A DNA stretch of 63,713 nt, the filler included, from Atractiella rhizophila (taxonomy: Eukaryota), in assembly GCA_021432655.1 (NCBI GenBank). It is 4 parts of 3 records of this genome, joined end to end, with 100 filler letters (N's around TTAATTAATTAA, not from the genome) between each part and the next. Parts side by side here need not be neighbours in the genome. Positions count along the whole stretch, not along the records: positions 1 to 24,662 come from MU271272.1; 3 more parts are not named here. One strand, 5' to 3'. A model generated the notes under the pieces. That model searched no databases. It was given only the letters and a program-made list of their open reading frames with translations, and had not been told where the DNA came from. The position numbers were made by a program, and so were the translations under genes. Below, piece after piece: positions 1-10,631 of the stretch. Numbering within the stretch: the stretch's first letter is position 1; each line of letters opens with the position of its first letter.

Positions 1-1678
1 GTTCTGCACAGGGTTCGCTTCTGTCGTTAACGGGGACATGTTCGATCCTATGGTTCATGCTCTGCCTTCCATTCTTTACAGACTTTGAATGTTATGGCAA
101 ACCACCGTAGGCATGGCATGGAAACATAGGAACGGAGACACTCTCCACTTTCTCGAAGGCGTGACAAGAGGAATTCATCAAATTTCACACATCAAATACT
201 GTTGTCTCTTTAATCCCACCGACATGACACTGGAAGGCATCTGACATGTCTCTTTACGATGCCAACAGACGCACCGACGAATGCAAGAAGTAAAACCGAA
301 CCCGCGCTGTTGGTGGAATTGTGCGGATGGAGACCGAGAAAGAAGGGGGAAAGCGAACAAAGTTGAAAAACGGTGGAGGTGGAGATGTGCGATAGGCGAA
401 AGCGCAGAGCGGTTGTGGACCATCAGAGGCCGACAGCCCCAACTGCCTCGAGGCATCGTCGCGAAGAGCGACGAGGATTTCTTTTTAGAATTCAGGCGGG
501 ACTCGAGACTCGAAATCCATTGCGTGAGCTCGTCGTGAATTGGAAAGGTTGACAATGTAACTTAAGACCTAACTGCAAACCACACAAGTGATATCAGACG
601 AGCGGTCACTGCATACTGCATACTAAACACGAAACACGAGAGACACACCAACGATTCAGTTTACCAGGATGATCTGGCCGCGGTGACCATGTACAGATGC
701 GATGATGAAGTCTGAAGACATTGTTGACGAAAAGAAGTCACGTGGTATCAAATACTGTGAAACCTTCCCTCCTTCCTGTTCCATTNNNNNNNNNNNNNNN
801 NNNNNNNNNNNNNNNNNNNNNNNNNNNNNNNNNNNNNNNNNNNNNNNNNNNNNNNNNNNNNNNNNNNNNNNNNNNNNNNNNNNNNNNNNNNNNNNNNNNN
901 NNNNNNNNNNNNNNNNNNNNNNNNNNNNNNNNNNNNNNNNNNNNNNNNNNNNNNNNNNNNNNNNNNNNNNNNNNNNNNNNNNNNNNNNNNNNNNNNNNNN
1001 NNNNNNNNNNNNNNNNNNNNNNNNNNNNNNNNNNNNNNNNNNNNNNNNNNNNNNNNNNNNNNNNNNNNNNNNNNNNNNNNNNNNNNNNNNNNNNNNNNNN
1101 NNNNNNNNNNNNNNNNNNNNNNNNNNNNNNNNNNNNNNNNNNNNNNNNNNNNNNNNNNNNNNNNNNNNNNNNNNNNNNNNNNNNNNNNNNNNNNNNNNNN
1201 NNNNNNNNNNNNNNNNNNNNNNNNNNNNNNNNNNNNNNNNNNNNNNNNNNNNNNNNNNNNNNNNNNNNNNNNNNNNNNNNNNNNNNNNNNNNNNNNNNNN
1301 NNNNNNNNNNNNNNNNNNNNNNNAATATTTCACCTGCCTTTGCCAATGCCTCTAGTGGTATTGTTCTACGTAGTCTCATGGTAATATCAATAGCTCAGTG
1401 GGGCACGATTCTACCCATTTGTTTAACTGTGCCTCGTGTGGAAGTTTCTTGTTTTCATGCCTGCGACGGGGAAATCCTGCAACTCAACGGATCCTAATAC
1501 TTGCGCAATGCTTGTGGTCTGAGTCAAGCATCAAGGACATGCGCAAGTTGGAGTACTCCTTAGTCATTCTTTATTTAAACATTTATAACGTAACATAGAG
1601 GGTGTGGAACAGTAGCTTGCGGACCTGTAGCGAGCGCTGTTATCAGCTGGAGGACCAGGAGTCCCTGCGTCACCCCTT

Positions 1679-2291
1679 TCAGGCTCGAGGACCCAAGTTG
1701 AGTTGTGCGTAAGTCCTCACGAGTGGTGCTCTGGCCGCCCAGCATCAGTCGCGAGCTCAGACTGATGGACGGAACCACTCACGGCCTTTGTGTCACAGGT
1801 TTAGCCGCGTCGAGTTGTGCATAAGTCCTCACAAGCGCTTCCCTGGTTGCCTAGCGTCAACGTGCCGGTCTACCTCACGGAAAGAACTCACAGCCTTGTG
1901 TTTGTCATATGTGTGGCCGCGTTGAGTTGTGCATGAGTCTTCTCGAGAAGTGTCCTGGTCGTTCTTCGTCAACATGAACATTCAGTCAGATGAAAACGAT
2001 TCACAATTGCCTGGGTTGTTGAGTTGTTTCTGCGACGGGCGTTTCCATATCTCTGTCACGACATTCCGTGAAGTCACTCATCTTCATTTCAGCTTCAGCT
2101 TCTTCCAACGAAAAGCCAAACAAAGGCGTTCCAGTCTTTATGTCGAAGTGTCTGGAATTTTCGTCTTCCTTCGCTATAACGATAAAAGTTCCTTCCCTTC
2201 CTCCGTCTCTATCTCTGCCAGAGATAATTTTCTTGCCCATGAACGAGTCGCTTAGTTCACCTTGAAACGTGCCGAGAGAGTTTCCGTCCAT
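1679..2291 (-). CDS. Small orphan protein (~153 aa) with three exon-encoded repeats
   Basis: Manual splice model: exons 2005-2291, 1892-1954, 1783-1842 and 1679-1730, separated by 50, 49 and 52 bp GT..CAG introns, all phase 2. Reads open from ATG 2291 to TGA 1679-1681. The N-terminus is uncertain because another intron is possible at 2215-2260. Confidence 0.55.
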
Positions 2292-2584
2292 GATTGATAT
2301 CGTGATTTCTAGAAGACGAAGATTGAGATTGAGATTGCAATTACCCTAGATTGTGCAGCTTTTATGCTGTCACTGTTGCTAGGCGAAAATCACTGTTGGG
2401 AAGGATATGATGTTTACTCAATGAATTTTCTCTTTGTACAAGGATTTGTTTGTTCTCGCCATTGTTTTTCCCTTGCCATCTTGGCTTTCACTCTCTCTCT
2501 AACTACCTACACGACCCAAGCAACGGATGTCAAGTTTCAATGACTGACGATGTTTTCAGGAGCATCTTTCGGCTACAGTGAAAA

Positions 2585-3453
2585 ATGGCAGACTCTGACA
2601 CAACACCAGCTCGCCGTTATTGGCTCATGAAAGCAGAACCGGAGTCTAGAATAGTAAAAGGCAAAGACGTCGCCTTCTCGGTCGATCATTTTGAAAAGCT
2701 TGGTGTCTCGCCTTGGGATGGCGTTCGCAATGCTCAAGCGAAAAACTTCATGAAGAATGACATGAAAGTTGGCGACGGCATACTCTTCTATCNNNNNNNN
2801 NNNNNNNNNNNNNNNNNNNNNNNNNNNNNNNNNNNNNNNNNNNNNNNNNNNNNNNNNNNNNNNNNNNNNNNNNNNNNNNNNNNNNNNNNNNNNNNNNNNN
2901 NNNNNNNNNNNNNNNNNNNNNNNNNNNNNNNNNNNNNNNNNNNNNNNNNNNNNNNNNNNNNNNNNNNNNNNNNNNNNNNNNNNNNNNNNNNNNNNNNNNN
3001 NNNNNNNNNNNNNNNNNNNNNNNNNNNNNNNNNNNNNNNNNNNNNNNNNNNNNNNNNNNNNNNNNNNNNNNNNNNNNNNNNNNNNNNNNNNNNNNNNNNN
3101 NNNNNNNNNNNNNNNNNNNNNNNNNNNNNNNNNNNNNNNNNNNNNNNNNNNNNNNNNNNNNNNNNNNNNNNNNNNNNNNNNNNNNNNNNNNNNNNNNNNN
3201 NNNNNNNNNNNNNNNNNNNNNNNNNNNNNNNNNNNNNNNNNNNNNNNNNNNNNNNNNNNNNNNNNNNNNNNNNNNNNNNNNNNNNNNNNNNNNNNNNNNN
3301 NNNNNNNNNNNNNNNNNNNNNNNNNNNNNNNNNNNNNNNNNACGTGGGGAGCGGGAAAGAAAGTCTACGGCAAACGGAGGTGCAAAAAAGACAACGAGGG
3401 GTCGAAAGAAGAGAAAAATTGAGTCTGATCCTGAAAGCGAGCCAGAGGAATAA
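2585..3453 (+). CDS. EVE-domain (THYN1/thymocyte nuclear protein 1-like) protein; middle hidden by N gap
   Basis: Signature YWLMKAEPE...FSVD...PWDGVRNAQAKNFM...MKVGD..LFY. A Lys-rich/acidic tail after the gap (…RGRKKRKIESDPESEPEE*) ends at 3453. Confidence 0.9.
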
Positions 3454-3684
3454 AATATGATGCAATCTAGTATTTCATTACCTCACAAGGAGCATGTTAG
3501 CATCTTGTGCTTTGGTCATTGTTTAAGTGATGCCTTCATTGCCGGGAACCCTAACCTAGCACAAACGACCAAAGCGACAAATTTTGCGGCGAGAGGAATT
3601 TGCTAACAGTGAAGCGCCTCCATCAAGAGATACGAAAGAGACCGCGTTTGTTATAGCGGATGCGTGTATCTGGCATATACAAAA

Positions 3685-6600
3685 ATGTCGTTTTTCGGCT
3701 TTGATACCACTCTACCTGCCGACCTTACGTTAGACGATCGCATCAACTCTCTGAAGGGAGTTTCAGGGCAGGACCTCACCATTTATGAGTTCGGGGACTC
3801 ACTGGAACTTGATGAAGGGGCAGTCAATGATTTGAACGATGAGACGTTTGGCGGTGATGCGCTGGAATTGGACCAGGGGGACATTTGGTGAGAGCTTTTC
3901 TTCGAATTTGTCCATCGCGATGAGGGAAGCTTGTGCTTGTTCCGTTCGAATAACAATATCTACCCATTACGACCCATGACCCGGCCATTGTACTACGTTG
4001 TATAGTTCAGCTGTTAACAATATTATTTACCCAGGTCAGGACTTTGATTTTGCTGGCTCCACATCTCGTTTTCTTGGAAAGCCTTCTAGCCAAAATGCTG
4101 TCGAGTCTCTTTCAAGCCCTCGGAATTCTTCCGCTACTGCTCATTCTACACGGCTGCCGGAACCCACCACGCGCAAGCTAGCGAACGATTGGGGAAAAGC
4201 GGATCCCCTCCTTGGGTTCGATGATGACGAAGATCCGTTGTTGTCGAGTAGGAGGATGAAGGGTAAAGCTAAAGTTTCCCGCGAAAGTTTCCCTTCCGCA
4301 TCGTCAAATTTCGATAGCCCAACCTGGTCCCAAAATGCACAACAATCCTTTTCTCCCTTGGACACTCCGTTCAAGAAACCTCAGATACGAACAGTCGAAG
4401 AGATAGAAGCGGAGCTCATGGCGGGAGCTGGAAAGCAAAACCTTGCTGCTTCCGGGACTACCGGCGGGGCGAGGGCTTTAACTCTTGCTGAAGTGGAGGC
4501 AGAGATGCTAGCGAAAGCGGCGCAGAAACAAGGCGCTCCACCGAATCTAGGTGATCATTTGCCTCATGCCGCTGGCAATACAATTCCTCCTCGTTTGCCT
4601 GCACAATCCATGGGCCACTCTCGAATGTCTTCGCTCCAGCATATCTCTCCTTTCGGTGGCGGATCATCCCAACCTCTCTACCCAGGCGACGTTCAAAGGA
4701 TCATGACACCAGACGGAATGAACGCCTATGACATCGCTCGCCAACAGCAACAGCAATATCTGCGGTATCGCGAACGTCAGCGTCAGGGTGGGAGTCCAGG
4801 TATTGCATCCATCCAGCTGGATCAGTTTGGTCGCCCCGTCGTGCAGGGCTCTCCCATACAGAGACCTCTTGATCGAACGTTCTATGAGACAGAGCAGGCC
4901 ATGGTCGACGGCGGTCATTCCAGGACATCATCTGGGGATCAGCATCGTCAAAGCTCGTTCCCTCATCCGCTTCAAATGCAACAGATGCAGCAACTTCAGC
5001 AGATGGGTCTTAGTCCAGCTCAGTTCCAAATGCATCTCCGGCAACAACAGTTGCAAAATCAGTATCAACTCCAGATGCTAGCGAACGCTCAAATCCAGAG
5101 GAACATGCAAGCTGCTCTGGAGCGGGATAGTATGCGAAATAATGGCGCTGATGGAAAGGACAGGAAGAGGGAGAAGGACGAGGTGATTCGGAACGCACAA
5201 GCTACCATCGAGCAACACGAACAAATGGAAGAGAAACGACGGAGGAAAGCACAGAAGATTGCTGAAACTGTCGGTACTCCCCTTGCGCTGATGGCTGATT
5301 TGATCCCTTTTGCAGGCAAAATACAACAATCTCATGACCCAGTCGGACAAAGACTTTATCACCCGCATCCAAATTTCGCAACTCGTATCTGAAGACCCTT
5401 ACATTGATGACTTCTACTTTCACGTTCTCAAGGGCATCAAGCTTCAGCAAGCTCAGGCGGCTGGTGGGCCAGCCGGTTCTAACAGTCCAACAAAAGACTC
5501 TCATGAAATCGGTCGGCGTGGGAGAAGCCAGAGTAACGCTGCAAATCGTCGCCTCACGCGCCGAGAGAATGCTATGGCTAAAATGGCTCAGCAAGTCCAA
5601 CGGCTGGTCAATGAAGCAAAGAAGAAACCTCGAGGAACCGAGCGTACGCCTTAGTTTGATAGATCATCAGTAATTTTTGTTGACGACTTGCCAGTGTCTC
5701 TTGAAGGCGCTTTAGGGAAGATTGCGCTGCGCACAGCAAGTCAACCCAGGCAGCTACTGCAGGTTTCTGGCGGTCCATCAACTTCTAAGGAGGAGAAGGC
5801 TCCAGCTGCTGCTGCTGCTCCCCTACAACCGCAAACCGAAGGCCAGAAACCAGCGCTGACTCGGCGTCAAGTTCTCGTAGCTCTCGAAAAGCTTTGGGAT
5901 ATTGTGCTTGATTTGGAACAGCTCATACGGACAAATATGATGGCGAAACGCAGGCAAGCCGAGAAACAGGCGAGAAGTTGACTGAGCAAGAGGAGAAGGA
6001 ATTGAATGAATGGTGCGTGCTTTCTGCTCACCTGCAGAATGTGCTGAGTGCTGTTCACAGGCAGCTTAAGTACACCGAACTGGTTCAGGCACTGTGGACA
6101 GATCTGCGGATTTTAGATCCCCTGGACACAAGGTGCGTGCCTCTGGATTGGTAATGGCGGGGTTAATGGGCCACCAGCAATCCTCATCCCTTCATCTCCT
6201 TGCTCTCTGTTTCAAAGGGAAAGAGGCTTTTGGTTCGTGCCGTTCGCCACCTCTCCGAGGAACAAACGATGGCCATGCTATCTCTCCTCGTTGGCAACTT
6301 CCAGAGCTTGGACGTTGTGCGCGACGCTCCGATATTGGACATCACGGATCCGCTCATTGCGCCAGCCAACAGGGTCGCGGAAGTGGAGGCGGAAACAGAT
6401 GTGTTCCAAAGCACAATAGTTCCTCTGGTAATAGGGGTTGTGGACAGAGTAACTAGCTTACGCCTCGTGACTGGATTGTTGCACCTGATGATGCAAAGGA
6501 ATGACATTGTGAGGATTGCGACGACCAGAGTACGCAGCTTTCCCCCACTGCTTGCGCAACTCATGTCCCCTTTTTTCATCTACAGCCCGGATTGGCGTTC

Positions 6601-7150
6601 CTCATCTCCTTCGTCAGCAAGGCGGAAACTCTGAAGCAATCGCAGCCTCCACCGGAGGATAGCGATATCGAGCAATGGTTGGTCCTTTCTACGACACTGT
6701 CACATATTCTAACATTGAATAGGCAACGGACCTTCGACCTGTTGTTCCGCTCGTTGCATTCCAACTTTCTCGCACTGTTCCCATCCTGTCGTGCAGCAGC
6801 AAATCTCCCTTTCGGGTCTTCTTATTACCTTACCGGCGCCTTCCAGAGTCACCCAATACGGCCAGACATCGAATTGGAAGATGAACCTGTTTGGCAATTT
6901 TTGGCCGCCTGTGCAGTTTGTGCAGATGCGGATCAACAACAAATTCTTGTTACCGAGGTGAAGGACAAGGTTCTTGAGAACGTCAATGCCGTTAATAGGG
7001 GATGGGCCGGGACTGAGGAAGAGAAAGCTCTCAAACTCGTACGTCCATTACCTCAGTTGTTGACCCCCCTCTCACGTGGGCTCACAGCGCAATGTCAACA
7101 TTTTATTGAATTCTTTGGGGCTCGATTCTTCAATGATAACTGTAGAATAA
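3685..7150 (+). CDS. PAT1: mRNA decapping activator Pat1 (topoisomerase II-associated protein), multi-exon
   Basis: MSFFGFDTTLP, LNDETFG, QDFDF, KYNNLMTQSDKDFITRIQISQLV..DPY..DFY, SLEGALGKIA, HPFISLLSVSKGK, and a C-terminal NVNILLNSLGLD. Two 1-nt frame breaks sit at homopolymers. Confidence 0.93.
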
Positions 7151-7481
7151 GTGGGAAGTATTTATGTGCCCTCAGTAATTCGGTTTTCAATATCATTCTG
7201 TCTAGTTGTGTCATAGGCAATTTCGCGTTCCAGTAAACAACCTGAAGATATTTCTACTTTATGGGTATCCCCCTAGCTCTAGATTATTCCCACTGATGAA
7301 AACAGTGAGGTTAATGAGGGTGGAAGTGAAGTGATTGGAAACAACAAAGTTGGTATTATATTGTGGAGTTGTGGACGGTCGGAAGTAGTAACAAACCACG
7401 ACCAATCACGATTCCACAACCAACAGTGGCAGGAACCAGGCACCATACCTCGTCTGAGTTGACCATATCTAGGGAACAAGG

Positions 7482-8823
7482 ATGGAGGGGCTTTTCTTCA
7501 ACACTTCGTCGGGCTACCTCGAGGCTATAGTGCGAGGATATAAAGCAGGGTTGTTGACACAGGGGCAGTACTCGAACCTCTGCCAATGTGAGACTATTGA
7601 GGACTTCAAGATGCAGTTATCCGCCACGTTCGTCTTTCGCTCCTTTATTGGTGATGGTGACGCGGTGTCTGTGGTGAATAGAGACTATGGGAACTTCTTA
7701 GCTAATGAACCCCCTCCCATTTCCACCGCGACCATTTCGGAGAAGGCGACACAGAAGATGGTGGATGAGTTCAATTACATTAAGAGTAATGCTGTGGAGC
7801 CGCTCTCCAAGTTCTTGGAGTATATTACGTGCGTTCTTCTCTTTTGTGGATTTGGGACCAAGAGCTGAGCTTGCCGAGCAGCTACGCATACATGATTGAC
7901 AACGTGCGGATTCCTCTGTCCATTGGAAGGCGCAGAATCTGATCTTCGTTCAGGTCATCCTCCTCATCACAGGCACCCTTCACGAGCGGGACACTCATGA
8001 GCTCTTGGAAAGCTGCCACCCGCTGGGGATGTTCGATTCCATGCCAGCTCTCTGCGTGGCCACTAACGTGGAAGAGCTGTACAACACTGTGCTAGTTGAA
8101 ACGCCTTTAGGTTCGCACTCTCACTGTTGCTGTTTGGACTGCAGAAATGATTCGAGGTCACGTAGCACCCTATTTCCAAGAGTGTTTTTCAGCCACCGAT
8201 TTGGACGACCTGAACATCGAGATCATTCGCTCGACCCTCTACAGTGCATACCTTTCCGACTTTCACTCCTATTGCCAAACTCTCCCTTCTCCCACCCCCG
8301 ACGTCATGTCTCAAATCCTCCAATTCGAAGCCGACCGGAGGTCTATCAACATCACCATCAACTCTTTCGGGACTGGTTTGAGCAAGGAACAGCGCGCCAA
8401 CTTGTTTCCGGATTTTGGACGCCTTTATCCTGAAGGGAACAATGCCCTGGCGAGAGCGGAGGACCTGGAACAGGTGAAACAGGTGTTGGATAATATTCCT
8501 GAATATAGGGAGTTTTTGAGTTCCAGTTCTGGAGGCGGGCATGAAGGGGAATATTCGCAGGAGGCAGAGAAGCTCGAGACGGAGTTCTTCAAATATGAAG
8601 TTCACCTGAACAAACTCAGCTTCCTCCAACAGTTCCAATATGGCGTCTTTTACAGCTTCTTCAAATTAAAGGAGCAGGAGATTAGGAGTATTGGGTGGAT
8701 CGCAGAGTGTATTGCTCAGGATGCGAGGGACAGGATTGGTGACTAGTGAGTCTCTCCCTACTTTGGTTTCTTATCGATTACGAGAATTTGCTGACGATTT
8801 GGAACAGTATCTCGACATTCTGA
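7482..8823 (+). CDS. VMA6: V-type ATPase V0 subunit d, multi-exon
   Basis: MEGLFFN..GYLEAIVRGYK, CHPLG.F..MPALCVATNVEELY..VLVETPL, DLDDLNIEIIR, FEADRRSINITINSFGT, KLKEQEIR.I.WIAECIAQ. Confidence 0.97.
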
Positions 8824-8923
8824 ATGTGTTTGTTGGCATTGGCAATGTAGGAAGGACGATCTCATCTATCTATTCATTCCTACGTCTTCGAGTAATTCAA
8901 CGCAGTTTCGTTTAAGTCACTAT

Positions 8924-10346
8924 TTACAAAGCAACACGATCAAGCACCGCTACTTCATCCTGAACCCATATCCTGAGACTTCCATCACCCTCTTCATCTC
9001 TCTCTAGCAACCTAGACTTGAACCTCAACGCTAGGTGCTGTGCAATCTCGAGCACTTTCGAACGAGGAATCAATCGAGCAGGCACAGAGAAAGAGAGGAA
9101 TTGTGTCCCGCTGCAATTTTGTCAACAATCCCATCCATCTAATGCAAGGAAGCCACGAAGTGAGAGGGACGGACCGCCATTCGCCTCGCACAAGCCAAAG
9201 CTCCTCTGTGCCAAGACAGTTACCTTCTTCCTCTTCATTCCGAACTAATTTACCTGTCGGATCTCGCAATGTTGAATTGGGCAGTTGGACGTAGATGACT
9301 AAATAGGAGAGCAGCCAGCCGGCTAGGGACGGCCAGGCACGTCGCAGTGGGTAGACTCCTTTCGCGCCATCGTCACCGTAGACAGGTGCGGATGGAGAAA
9401 TACTCGAAACTGGGGAAAAAAAGATGGCATCATTTTGCCAGGTGGAAGTGACGATGACGTAGGATTGTGAGGTTGGTACTTCCTTTAGTAGCTCGTGGAG
9501 GTTGGCGAGGGTTGTCAAGAGGAAACTTGGAGTTTCTATCTGCTGTGCAGCCGTGAGTTCTCCAACTTGATATGCAACAGTCACACTAACCAGTGTTGGA
9601 GTTGCTGATGATACATTGACGTAGATCCTATCTCGTGTACTCGCTACTGTGCCTGTTTCCTCGAGAAGTAGCGGCAGGTTAAACAGAAATGTTTGCTCCG
9701 TTACAAGATCGTGGAAGAAGAATAATTTTCGATCATAGTGTTTATCTATGATTGTGGAAATGGATGGTATCATCTCAAGGGTGAGGAGAAAGCTGTCGAC
9801 CAGATGAGCTGCTCTCTAGGATTTGTCAGGGAGAGAAATGACACCAGAAAGTGAATAACGGTTCACAAACCTCAGACCAATGGCCACTACTTCGATCTGG
9901 GCTTGAAATTCAACGATTGCTGACTTCGACACCTTCTTTCGTAGTAGGTCAGATAATCCTTTCTCCATTTTTGTGCAAGCTTGATCGCTCAAGCGCTCAA
10001 ATCAGGCTCCAGAGATTGATCCAACACTGACCCTACTAATGACCAAATACAGCCAATCGGAAGGCGGACGGTTGCAATCCAAGAGCAGGAACCTGTCTTA
10101 TCGCAGCGCAGCTTAACGTCCAGCGAGACAGTCAAAGACATCCTTGTGAGTTGAATCATCATTTCGAGTATTGGGTATCGAGATGTTGCCCTGTCCCATT
10201 TTCTTTCATAGAGAAGGGTGAAATATCTACCTGTTGTTGAACTTGTCTCCATACCAGCAAAGGAGCCCACCTTTTTGCGTTCTTGAGTTTATTTGCTGCG
10301 ATATACGTATTTCTGAGACGGATGCCCGTGAAAGGGGAAGATCCAT
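8924..10346 (-). CDS. Hypothetical multi-exon protein, divergent from the NLR-like gene
   Basis: Successive minus-strand ORFs (10227-10571, 9989-10270, 9012-9773) with plausible ~40-55 bp introns. Putative start MDLPLSR at 10346 and end …DGSLRIWVQDEVAVLDRVAL* at 8924. No family recognised. Confidence 0.5.
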
Positions 10347-10631
10347 CAGAACAAGAACCACGGGGAAAACAAACTGATTGTAGAGCTTGCAAGTTGCGTC
10401 TGTGTTCCCCACATCATTGATCGTAACCCTTGAATGCGATGACAAGGGATCAAAGGATACCGATATATCTGTCCTTTTAGCTTCATTTATCCGCGTAACG
10501 CTCAGGAGCCAGCCTGATGGGATTAGTGCTAGAACTGACTTAAACCTCACACTTTCCTCAATTTTCCACAATCGGGCCCAACCCTGCCCTTCTAACTTGT
10601 GCCGTTACCATCCAATCCTGCTTTCACCTAC

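Noticed and set aside
1..1600. Possible minus-strand multi-exon gene at the window start
   Set aside because: Only short ORFs interrupted by a gap, with no recognisable motif; no model could be supported.
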